Source: Nitrospirota bacterium (GTDB lineage Bacteria > Nitrospirota > UBA9217). Taken from it: a stretch of 64,000 nt of DNA. The position numbers were made by a program, and so were the translations under genes. The notes under the pieces were generated by a model, which had not been told where the DNA came from, searched no databases, and worked only from the letters and a program-made list of their open reading frames with translations. How positions within the stretch are numbered: position 1 is the first letter of the stretch; each line of letters starts with the position of its first letter. The stretch is from contig CAVVOB010000022.1 in assembly GCA_963749655.1 (NCBI GenBank), positions 149,398 through 213,397 of the forward strand. The letters run 5' to 3'. Of this stretch, positions 30,110 through 40,554 are shown piece after piece.

Positions 30110-32472
30110 GTGAGGGCTTTGGACAAAAAACTCTGGCGCGACCTGTGGCTGATGAAGGGTCAGGCTTTGGCCATCGTGCTTGTGATCGTAAGCGGGGTGG
30201 CCACCTTCGTTATGTTCATCAGCACCATGCACTCGCTCAACAAGACGCGAGACGCCTTCTATCGTGATTTTGCCTTTGCCGAAGTCTTCGGCACGCTCAA
30301 GCGGGCGCCGGAAAGTCTCAGGGAGCGAATCGCGGAGATTCCGGGTGTGAACCTCGTCGAGACGCGCGTGGCAGCGGACGTGAAACTCGATATCAAGGGA
30401 TTCAACGAACCGGTCTCGGCACGCCTCATGTCCGTTCCCGATAACGGGCGCCCGCTCTTGAACAGGCTCTACCTCCGGACCGGCAGGATGGTGGACCCCA
30501 CGAAGGACAATGAGGTGATCGTGAGCGAGGCCTTTGCCGAGGCCCAGGGATTCAAGCCCGGCGATTCCCTCGGCGCGGTTATCAACGGACGGTGGAAGAC
30601 GCTCGTCATCACCGGCATCGCGCTCTCCCCGGAGTTCGTGCTGCAGGTGAAGCCCGGGGGCATCAGCCCGGACTTCAAGCGCTACGGCATCCTCTGGATG
30701 AGCCGCGAGGCCGTGGGCAAGGCCTACGACATGGACGGGGCCTTTAATGATGTGGCGCTCACGCTGACGCCGGGAGCGAAGATCGATGACGTGATCACAC
30801 GGCTCGATGCCGTCCTCGACCGCTACGGCGGGATCGGCACCGTGGGCCGGAAGGACCAGATGTCGAACCGTTTCCTGAACGAGGAGTTTCGGCAGCTCGA
30901 TCGTTTCGCCGAGGTCTTTCCCGCGATCTTCATCGGCGTGGCGGCCTTTCTCCTGAACGTGGTCATCAGCCGCATCGTGAGCACCCAGCGGGAGCAGATC
31001 GCCGCGCTCAAGGCAATCGGTTACAGCAATCTCGACGTAGGCATTCACTTCACGAAACTCGTGCTTTTCATCGTCGCCATCGGCGTCGCGGCCGGCACCG
31101 GCGCAGGCGTGTGGCTCGCCAGGGGATTGGGAAGGATATACATGGAGTTCTACCGCTTCCCCTATCTCGACATCGAGCTCAGGCCCTCGGTGATTTTCGC
31201 CGCGGCCGCGATCACTGCGGGCTCCGCCCTTCTGGGAACGCTTCGGGCCGTGCGCCAGGCCGCAATGCTTCCGCCTGCCCAGGCCATGCGGCCCGAGCCG
31301 CCGATGAGCTACCGGAAGACCACGCTCGAAAAGATGGGCCTGCGAGCCGATCCTTTCGCAGCCCACGCGCATCATTCTCCGCAATATCGAGCGGAAGCCG
31401 GTAAAGGCGCTTTTGACGGTTGTCGGTATCTCCTTCGGGTGCGCAGTCATGATCGCGGCCAGGTTCTTCAACGATTCCGTGGATTTCATGGTCGATGTGC
31501 AGTTTCGGCAGTCACAGCGCGAGGATATGACGATCACCTATCTCGAGCCCGCGGCGCGCAGGACGATCTACGAGCTCAAGGGCATCAACGGTGTGGAGCG
31601 CGTTGAGCCCTTCCGCACGGTCCCGGCGCGGTTCCGTTTCGGGCACCGCACCTATCGGACTGTGGTCCAGAGCTTCGAGCCCGGAACCAGGCTTCACTCT
31701 CTTCTCGACACAAGGCTCAAGCCCATCGAGCTCCCGCCCACGGGGATCGTGCTGACTGATTATCTGGCTGATATGCTCGGCATCAAGATAGGAGACCTGC
31801 TTACCGTGGAAGTGCTTGAGGGGAACCGTCCCGAGCGGCAGGTCCCGGTCGTCAGCCTTGTGCAGCAGTATATCGGCGTCATGGGCTACATGGACCGGAG
31901 CGCGCTCAACCGCCTGATGCGCGAGGGAGACCTCGTGTCCGGCGCGTACCTGACCGTGGACAGTGCCGAGCAGTCGAAGGTCTACCGGAAGCTGGTCGAG
32001 ATGCCCCGCGTGGCCGGGACCGCGGTCCGCATGGACGAGATCAGGAATTTTTACGAGACCCAGGCCGAGTCCATGCTCTTTTTTACTTTCATAGCCACGG
32101 TCCTTCGGGCACCATCGCGTTCGGCGTTGTTTACAACAGCGCCCGGATCTCGCTCTCCGAGCGGAGCCGTGAGCTTGCGAGCCTCAGCGTGCTCGGCTAT
32201 ACTCGGGTGAGATCTCTTTCATCTTCCTCGGCGAGCTGGCGGTCCTGACCCTGGCGGCGCTGCCCCTGGGATTTTTCTTCGGCCGCGGGCTCTGCGCGTA
32301 TATCGTGACCGCAGTGCAGTCGGACCTCTTCCGGGTGCCGGTGGTGCTCGAAAACGAGACCTATGCCCTGGGCGCTGTCGTGGTCCTTCTGTCTGCGTCG
32401 CTGTCCGGTCTGATCGTGCGTCATCGGTTGGACCATCTTGATCTGGTTGCGGTGCTGAAGACGAGGGAGTGA
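30110..32472 (+). CDS. FtsX/MacB-like ABC permease (duplicated domains), frameshifted
   Basis: [33 protein letters not shown]-terminal [11 protein letters not shown]. Confidence 0.85.
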
Positions 32473-32547
32473 TGCAAGTGTGGAACTGTGGCAAATTCGG
32501 AATTCGGAATGTGAAGTGCGGAATGGGAAAGATCCAAGACGAGTTTA

Positions 32548-32639
32548 GCCACGAATTTGACACGAATGGGCACGAATTAAAACAAAAATAAGAATGCGCC
32601 TTGCTCTTTAATTCGTGAAAATTCGTGTCAATTCGTGGC
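32548..32639. repeat. Inverted CACGAAT decamer-array element B, preceded by GAATTCG/GAATGCG-type heptamers at about 32495-32527
   Basis: GCCACGAATTTGACACGAATGGGCACGAATTAAA ... TTTAATTCGTGAAAATTCGTGTCAATTCGTGGC. Confidence 0.8.
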
Positions 32640-32677
32640 AAATGACTGCGTTTGCACGTCGTGAATCAGGGGTGATC

Positions 32678-33871
32678 ATGAAAGCAGAGGTGCGGAAGAA
32701 GGATTCATCATCACGGTCGCGGCAATCGTCGCGCTCGGTCTTGTTTACGGGTTTCTGCCCAAGCCGGTTGCTGTCGACGTCACGGCGGCAAAGCGTGGAC
32801 CAATGCGGGTCACCGTGGAGGAGGAGGGAAGGACGCGCGTGAAGGACCGCTTCGTGGTCGCGCCGGTCCCCGGATATCTCCGGCGCATTGGTCTCGAGGT
32901 GGGTGACGCGGTCAATGAGGGACGGAGATCGGCCACGCTGGAGCCGCTCCGTTCGACGGTCCTCGATCCCCGGAGCCGCGCCGAAGCCGAGGCTGCTGTT
33001 GCGTCGGCAAAGGCGGCGCTCGCTGCGGCGAAAGAGAAGACGCGAGCGGCGGCAGCGGATGTGGAGTACGTCCGGGAACGGAGATGTCAGGGTCAAGAAG
33101 CTCGCCGAGGGCGGTTTCATCTCTAAGGACGATCTCGAACAGTCGGATTAGGCCAAGAAGGCCGAAGCCACGCGGCTCTCGGCGGAAGCGGCGGTCGACG
33201 CCGCCGCTGCAGACGTGGAGCGGGCAGAGAGCACGCTCCGCTATTCCGCTGCCGAACATTCCCCGGGCAATGAAAAGGCCGTGATCGTACGTGCGCCGGT
33301 CAGCGGCAGCGTGCTCAAGCTCCATCATGAGAGCGAAGGAGTGGTGAGCGCCGGCGAGCCCCTCCTCGATATCGGCAATCCCCGCAGTCTGGAGGTCAAG
33401 GCCGAAGTGCTCTCAACGGACACGGTCAAGATCAAGAAGGGAACATCCGTCGTCTTCGAGCGCTGGGGCGGCGATAAGCCGCTCTCAGGCGTTGTGCGCG
33501 TCGTGGAGCCCGCGGGGTTCACGAAGGTCTCGAGCCTTGGTGTGGAGGAACAGCGTGTGCTCGTGATCGTCGACATAACGTCTCCGCGGGAAGCCTGGCA
33601 GCGGCTCGGCGACGGTTACCGGCTCGACGCGAGTTTCATCATCTGGGAGGGGGACAACGTGCTCCAGGTCCCGGCCAGCGCGCTCTTCCGCAAGGGAGAC
33701 GGCTGGGCGCTCTTTGTCGTGGAGCACAAGAGGGCGCGGATGAAAGCAGTCGAGATCGGGCAGCGAAACGGCCTGGCCGCGGAGATCGTCAAAGGCCTTG
33801 CAGAGGGCGAGCACGTCATTGTCCATCCCGGCGACACAGTGCGGGACGGGGTGCGGGTGCGGGCGCGATAG
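32678..33871 (+). CDS. Efflux membrane fusion protein (HlyD/RND adaptor), frameshifted
   Basis: VTVEEEGRTRVKDRFVV, VRAPVSGSVL, FTKVSSLGVEEQRV, VPASALFR. Confidence 0.85.
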
Positions 33872-33950
33872 CGCCGGTCATGTGCGGTCCTTCGCTTCTC
33901 CTGCAGGGTTCCCAGTTGACACGACCGTTTATTAACGTTAATGTCCTTTC

Positions 33951-34697
33951 ATGTTCGATATCCAACTTGTGGACGTGACCTATGATTCTCCTGAATTCGA
34001 TGCAGCCTACGACGTTATCGGTCTCGATATCCCTCCTGAATATCTCGAGACGCATGACTTTCTGAGAAACAGGCTGCGCGTACGGGACGCGGGGCCGGCA
34101 TCGGAAGGAAAAGATCCTGCAGCAAGAGGGGTATACGCTTCATTTGATCGTAGCCAGGAGCAACGGCCAGGTCGTCGGTGCCATATACGGGCATCTGATA
34201 TCGCAAATCGGGGCCGGGAATCACGGCATTGCTTTTGTCACCTACCTCTCCGTTCTGCGGGAGTATCGAAGAAGAGGGATCGGAACAGCGCTGATCGAAG
34301 AGCTCCTGGAAAGAGCGAATGAAGATTCGCTGCGCAGAACCGGACAGCCCGTCTTCGGCATGGTTTACGAGATCGAGGAAGAAGGCAAGAGGAAATCAAG
34401 GCAGCAGTGGGCAGGCTCGGCGCAAAGCCGCTGGATATTGTTTACCATCAGCCGGCCCTGCGAAAAGGGTATGGACCGGAGCGCATGAACCTCTGGTTCC
34501 AGCCTATTCCCGCCCTCGCACCGGATGAATCAGCTCATTTCGCTCTGTCCGTTTCCGTTGTTCGGGATATTGTGCGGAATATGTTGACGATGGAATATGT
34601 CGGGCCTGATATGAGCGGATTCGATCTGCTGAGCAAACCCTATACGGATTTTCAGGATTCCATCAAAGGCAGACGGTCGATCGGCTTTCAGATGTGA
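33951..34697 (+). CDS. GNAT acetyltransferase, frameshifted
   Basis: YLSVLREYRRRGIGTAL motif A. Three consecutive frames. Confidence 0.7.
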
Positions 34698-34716
34698 TGG
34701 CGTGATGGCGGAATCT

Positions 34717-35587
34717 CTAGCTGCGGCAGGCCATGGCGCCGAGGATGTCCTCCATCCGGTTGATCGGCACTGAAACATGCCCTTCGTCAGAATAGAACCG
34801 CGCTTCGCAGTCAGGGAGTCGTCCCGCAATGTGCCTTCCGATGGCAGGAGGAATCACGCGGTCAAGACCTCCGTGCCAGAGGTGGACCTTCATCGGGATA
34901 TCCTGGAGCCTGAAACCCCAGGGGCTGGTGAATATACGCAGGTCCTGTTCAACGCCGCTATGGCCGTACCGGACCGATTCGCAATGAGAGTCCCAGATGC
35001 CTTTGAGCTCCGTTTGTGCCAGGAGGAGCCGGTCCGGCAGGGGTGCGGTCCGGTCGAGGAGCGAAAGGACTCGCCGGGGGTGGCGGCTGATGCAGCGCGC
35101 AGTGAGTTCATAAGGCCGATCAAGCAGGCGGGGCGTACGTTTGTGCAACAAAAAAGCGGTTCGTGCAGCGCGGAGGATTCCCCTGGCCGTTTCCGGCGTA
35201 TCGACCGGCCCCACGCTGCTGACTAATCCGACGGCGGACAGACGCTGCGGGATCAAGAACGCGCAAGCGGCTGCATAGGGTCCTCCGCCGGAGTGACCCA
35301 TCAGGGAAAAACGGTCCAGCCCCAGACCGTCTGCAAGCTCCGCGACGTCCGAAGGCCAGTCGAGCAGCGTTCGCCCGGGTTTTGGAGTAGATATCGACGC
35401 CGGGCCGGTCCACGGCGATGATCCTGACCCCGAGCCGTTGTGCCACCGCATCCATGACGCGGCCTTCCAGACGCGATCCGGGAAAGCCCGGAAAGTAGAA
35501 CTCCGGCCAGCCCGAAAGATCGCCGTACTCGGCATACCCGAGGGCCCGGCCATCCGAAAGTCTGTATTGTTTGCCCTTGAGGATCAT
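34717..35587 (-). CDS. Alpha/beta hydrolase, frameshifted
   Basis: LSDGRALGYAEYG, DRPG, GHSGGGPY, LWHGGLD, EGH. Confidence 0.85.
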
Positions 35588-35608
35588 GTGTTTGAGGGAC
35601 AGGGGCTG

Positions 35609-35774
35609 CTGAACGCACGCAAGCGCGTCGACAGAGTGCGGTGGAAGGCTCGCAGCGTGCGGTTCATATGGAGACGAAAGAGGTAGCAGCCGGCGCGAAC
35701 GTGTCCAAGCGCCTGGCACTGGTGGGCTGCTGAGCCGTCCACCGCACTCTGTCGACGCGCTTGCGTGCGTTCAG
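35609..35774. repeat. ~49-bp inverted repeat enclosing ~70 bp (MITE-like)
   Basis: CTGAACGCACGCAAGCGCGTCGACAGAGTGCGGTGGA (37 bp perfect) followed by (A/C)GGCTC(-/A)GCAGC at 35609-35656; inverted copy at 35726-35774. Confidence 0.9.
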
Positions 35775-36115
35775 GGCTTGCCGGCCGCGGCTGTGAGGAA
35801 CGTGGCGCCGCTCCTCAGCCCCTCGCTTGAGGCTGTGAGCTGGATCTTTCCGGCCTGCCCCGCCTCTGCGCGAACGATCACGAGGCACAGCCCATTGAAG
35901 GCCTTGCGCTCGGGCGCTTGGAACGGCTCGAAGCTCGTGGGATCGCCATTGTTCGTGGCCACGATCTCGCCCGGGCCGTCGACCTTGAACTGGATCCGGT
36001 TGTCCGCTCGCGGCGCGACGAGTCCGTTCTCGTCGACGATGCGCAGCGTGACGAAGGACAGGTCGCGGCCATCGGCCCGAATCTCGGCGCGATCAGGCAG
36101 CGCCTCCAGACAGCG
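35771..36115 (-). pseudogene. Isolated C-terminal domain of a GH2 beta-galactosidase
   Basis: ADGRDLSFVT...VATNNGDPTS...RKAFNGLCLVIVR. No catalytic domain upstream. Confidence 0.8.
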
Positions 36116-36166
36116 GTTAGGTGACACCCCTCCCGGCCCTTAACCTGTAGAAAGGCGTTGAGCCGG

Positions 36167-36631
36167 CTACTCCGTCCAGTCCAGAGGTAAAGGGCCGGTC
36201 GACACCGGGATCACGCCCTTCTTCAGGATGATGTTCGCGTACTTGACGGTTTCACCGGTCATGACGACCGCGAATGCCTTGGCGGCGCGCTCGTAGAAGG
36301 CGAAGCGCTCGATCTTCTCTATCTGGGGCGTCTTGGGCCAGCGCTTGTCGATCTCGGCCCGATACGCCGCCTCTACGGCCGGATCGGGCGAGTCGCCGGG
36401 AACGGGGGCCATCATGGCGACCGGGGCCTGGACGTAGGTGTCCAGGCTGATGAGGGAGAGGATGCCGCCTAAGAGCCTGGGTATGCGGATGCCGTCCGCG
36501 CGGATGACGCGAGGATTGACGCTGTTTCCGGGGAAGAAGGCGTCGGCCAGGACGATCTCGTCGCCATGGCCCATCTTGTAGAGGGCGGAGAGGAGGTCGG
36601 GCGAGATGCAGGGCTCGATTCCGATCAGCAT
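36167..36631 (-). CDS. fucU: RbsD/FucU family fucose mutarotase
   Basis: MGHGDEIVLADAFFP, ERFAFYE, TGE..YANIILKKGV. Adjacent to a fucosidase. Confidence 0.85.
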   Translation of the reverse strand: MLIGIEPCISPDLLSALYKMGHGDEIVLADAFFPGNSVNPRVIRADGIRIPRLLGGILSLISLDTYVQAPVAMMAPVPGDSPDPAVEAAYRAEIDKRWPKTPQIEKIERFAFYERAAKAFAVVMTGETVKYANIILKKGVIPVSTGPLPLDWTE

Positions 36632-36662
36632 GCGATCCTCCGTCGTTTCGGTGAGTGACGGC

Positions 36663-39079
36663 TCACTCGTCCGTCGCTTCGAAGACCATCTTGTCCAGAT
36701 TGACGTAGTCGCCGTCGATGTGGACCTTCAGCACGTGCTCGCCGGCGGACAGCTTCACGATCCGCTCCACCACGACCCAGTCCTGGAATCCCTTGGTGTT
36801 GGGGACGTCGATGCGGCCGGTGAGATCGGCGCCGTCGCCCTCGAGGTGCATCGCGGCTCCGTCCGATGCCCGAGGCGACGTGGAATGCGACCCGGTACTT
36901 GCCGGGTTTCGCGACCGTCACCGTGTAGGCTGTCCATTCACCGGCGTGAGTCCAGCCGAGCGTGTAGCCGCCGGCGCTGCAGTCGCCGATATCGACCCCC
37001 TGACCGGGGCGATAGAGCCCGCCTTCGTTGACGTCGTCCCGATCGTGGTAGGCATCGCCGGGGCATCCCACGTCGATAGTCCTCCGCCTCGACCGTTCCC
37101 GGAAGGACGTGCGCCTTGAAGCGGCACCTGCTTCTGCTCACAGACGGCGACCAAGCTCCATCGGGACGCGGATGAGGGCGTGCCCGATCTGTGCGAGGCC
37201 CACGCGAGCGCCGGCCGTGGCGCCGGCGGCCAGCGACAATGCGACGCTCCGGTCTGCGGCTGTCGGAGATCGTGACTGCGCCTGCGCGGGCGTTGGCGAT
37301 CCGCCAGTGCTGGCCGTCGTCGCCGGTGAACGCCGACAGGGTGACGCTGCCGGCTGTCGGTGCTGCTGGTCAGTGCCACGTGTGGAGTCGGCCCGGTTCA
37401 GGAGTCTGTAGACGCCGCGGCCGACCGGCTCCAGGCTCCACTGATTCGCGGTCGTCCTTGCGCTGGCGGGTCAGCGACAACTCCGATCCCACGACGAGAT
37501 CGCCAGACCGTCGCCGGGCACGAGATGGTAGTGCGCGGCCCCGTCGAGCACGGCGAAGTTGTCGTAGCGGCGGGATCCCGCCGTCGAAGCGGAGTCGGAT
37601 GACGTAAGCCAGCTCGTCCAAGGTGCGTTCCGGCAGATGGACGTGGAGACCCTTCGGTGCTCTGCTCGAACGCCAGCGGCAGATAGGCGCCGGCCCGCCC
37701 GTTGATCAACTCGACGGACCGCAATCTCCTGCCGTCGATCCGGTCGGACGACAGCGATTCGAGGGTGATTCCCTGCTGACCGCTCTCCCACCCGAGCAGG
37801 ATGGCATAGAGGGTGGAGTTGTCCTTGGAGCGGGTATAGCGCACGTCACGGGCGGTGCCTTCGCTCGGAGGCCCCATCACACCGTGGGCGGCGCCCATCC
37901 GGGTCGGACCCTCGCCGTAGCGTTCCCATGCACGGGTGGCATAGACAGCCTCGCCGTACTTGCGCAGCCAGGCGCCCATGGCGAGCAGGAGGTCCTTCTG
38001 TTCCCGAGGAATGGTGCCGTCAGCCTGGGGGGAGATGTTCAGCAGCAGGTTGCCGTTCTTGCTGATCCGATCGAGGAAGCCGTGGAGGACCTGCTTCTGG
38101 GAGTAGTACCGGATCCCTTCGGTGTAGGACCAGCTCGTGGAGCTGATGGCGTCGTCGGTCAGCCAGTAGTCCTCCATGATGTCGGGTGGGCCGCCGCGCT
38201 CGTAGTCGAGGACCGCGCACCGTGGGTTGAGCCCGTCCTTGTAGGTGGCGACGACCTCCTTGCCCCACTCGGCGGCCCGGTTGTAGTAGTAGGCGAGGAA
38301 CTCCAGCAGGACGGGCTTGGAGATCCGGTGCAGGTTGAAGTCCTGCCAGATGATGTCGGGCCGATACCCGTCGATGATCTCCTTGTGCTTGCCGAGCCAC
38401 AGGGCCTCGTTCGCCTCCTTGGACTGCTGCCCGTAGAGGATCTTCAGCTTGGGATCGTCTGTCTTGGGCGCCGCCTCGTAGAACCCGGTGATGTTGTAGG
38501 CGTGGTGCATCGAGACGAGGGTCTTCAGGCCGTGCCGGCGGATGGCGTCAGTGAGGAGTCCGACGAGATCCAGCCTGGGGCCCATGTCCTTGGCGTTCCA
38601 GGGATTCACCTTGCTGGCCCACATCGAGAAGCCGTCGTGGTGCTCCGCGACCGGGCCGGCGAATCGGGCGCCCGCGTCGGCGAACAACTGGGCCCACTCC
38701 TCGGGGTCGAAGTTGCCGCCAGCTGACTTGAGCTTGGGGGCGAACTGCACGAAGCGTCCCTGCCTGTCTGTCGGCCCCGGTGGCAAACGCGGCGTAGGGC
38801 CAGGCCGACAGCGTCGCCGTAGGTCGCCAGGTGGTGCCGGTTCTCGGGCGAGCCCTCGAAGTACATGGTTCGGGGATACCACTCGTTGGCGAAGGCCGGA
38901 ACCGAGTAGACGCCCCAATGGAAGTAGATGCCGAACTTCGCATCCTTGAACCACTCGGGGGCGGGTTCCGCCTGTTCCAGCGACGCCAGATCCGGCCGAT
39001 AGACACGAGGTTCGTCCCGAGCCATGACACTGCTCGGAAGCAACAGTACGGCGACCAACGCTGACGCTGCCTTCGTCAT
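36663..39079 (-). CDS. GH29 alpha-L-fucosidase with degenerate C-terminal accessory domains ending in a CBM6-like module; several indels
   Basis: PEWFKDAKFGIYFHWG, AEHHDGF, PDIIWQD, SKNGNLLLNISP; tail PGTVEAEDY...GEWTAYTV...GEHVLKV...VNLD. Confidence 0.8.
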
Positions 39080-39085
39080 GGCTCG

Positions 39086-39886
39086 CTACTGGCCGACGGC
39101 GCCGACGGGGTGGTTCACGTCGCCGACGGCCTCCTCCATGAGTGTCGCAACCCCGCGCGGATCCTCCTGCTGCGCGACGTGGCCGCCCGGGAAGGTCCGG
39201 ATGGTCCAGCCGCGCGCCACGGCGCGCTGCCAGCTCTTGTCCGTCCGGGCACGCTCCGCGGCTGACTTGTCCTTCGGCACGAACGCGACGTAGGTCACCG
39301 GCAGCTTCAGCGCGGCTGGATTCTTGTACGACACCGGCTGATTGAAGCACTTGATCGACTGCTTCACGTTGTGGGGCGGCGGAGTGCCTGCCTTGACCCA
39401 GGGCACCTGCATGAAGCCGTCGGCGAAGCGTGAAGGATCCGGCGGCCCGCTTCCGCCAAAGAGGTCCCAGAGCGACATGCCGTCGTCCGGCACAGCCGCG
39501 TCGAGAAACACGACATGACGGATGCGCTCGGGCACGCGGTCCATGACACCGGTGACGACCATGCCGCCGTAGCTGTGGCCGGTGAGGACGACGTCGTGGA
39601 GATCCTCGAACAGGATGAGGTTGACCACGTCTTCGATGTGGGTCTTGAGGTCGATGTCGGGGCTGTTGAGGTGCATTCGCTCGCCGAGTCCGGTGAGCGT
39701 GGCGCGGTAGACCGTGTGGCCGTCGTCGGACAGGAACTTGCCCGTGCGTTTCCACTCCCACCCGCCAGCGGTGGCGCCATGGACGATCACAAAGGTGCAC
39801 TTTTGCGCAGGGTCGGCGGCACGGGCGCTCATGGAGCTCGACAGGATGACGGCGGCACTCAGGACGAGACGCTCGATGTATTTCAT
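39086..39886 (-). CDS. Secreted alpha/beta hydrolase (methylesterase-like)
   Basis: VHGATAGGWEW, GHSYGG, FLDAAVP, GGH. Confidence 0.85.
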   Translation of the reverse strand: MKYIERLVLSAAVILSSSMSARAADPAQKCTFVIVHGATAGGWEWKRTGKFLSDDGHTVYRATLTGLGERMHLNSPDIDLKTHIEDVVNLILFEDLHDVVLTGHSYGGMVVTGVMDRVPERIRHVVFLDAAVPDDGMSLWDLFGGSGPPDPSRFADGFMQVPWVKAGTPPPHNVKQSIKCFNQPVSYKNPAALKLPVTYVAFVPKDKSAAERARTDKSWQRAVARGWTIRTFPGGHVAQQEDPRGVATLMEEAVGDVNHPVGAVGQ

Positions 39887-40133
39887 ATCAGCGTTGTCGG
39901 AGGGTGGCGGACGCGGGAGCGTAGGGCAACGACAAGATCACAGCGGCCGGCAGTATAGCACCCACCTTCGGCAGGCCGGCCTGCCGAATCGCTTCGAGGA
40001 CGATAGAAATTCCGTCCGTGGCGCCCCGTGAGGTCGACTACACCGGCAGCACGATAACCGTTCCTCTCCCGGGGTGCCGCTGATCACCCTCTACGTTTGG
40101 CGTTAGAATGCGCGCGAACGCTCGAGGTGCGCC

Positions 40134-40520
40134 ATGCCGGGAAGAATCGACTTCACGTACGACACGGCAAGCGACATCGTCGTTGCCGTCCCCAAGTGGA
40201 CGATCGCCTCTCAACAGGACTGCGAGGCCTGGTTCGACGAATGGGAGGCTTACCTCTCGAAGTACGGCCGCAAGGTCGACTGCGTCGTCGTCTTGGATGA
40301 TTTTCACGTCGATACGCAGATCGCAGCCCGCTGGGGCGAGTATCGAGCCAAGCTCAACAACACCTACTTCCGGCACTCCTATCGTGTCCATGCCGACCAG
40401 ACAGTGAAGCTCTTCATCCAGACGAGCGGCGTGCGCTTCAACGCGGCCAGCGGCGAAGCTGCGACCGTCGAAGATGCGGTCGCGGGTATTCTCGACGCCC
40501 GCAAGAAGGCCGGACGCTGA
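40134..40520 (+). CDS. Hypothetical protein (possibly SpoIIAA/STAS-like)
   Basis: 128-aa ORF with RBS GAGG and genome-like codon use. The fold guess is weak. Confidence 0.55.
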   Translation: MPGRIDFTYDTASDIVVAVPKWTIASQQDCEAWFDEWEAYLSKYGRKVDCVVVLDDFHVDTQIAARWGEYRAKLNNTYFRHSYRVHADQTVKLFIQTSGVRFNAASGEAATVEDAVAGILDARKKAGR

Positions 40521-40554
40521 GGATCCCGGCTTTCACGCCGACAAAAGGGGAACC

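Noticed and set aside
29929-32639. CACGAAT and AATGCGG arrays as CRISPR
   Set aside because: Units are 7-10 bp, there are no unique 30-40 bp spacers, and there are no cas genes.
35609-35774. Retron msr-msd or ribozyme
   Set aside because: There is no reverse transcriptase in the window and no complete hammerhead core.
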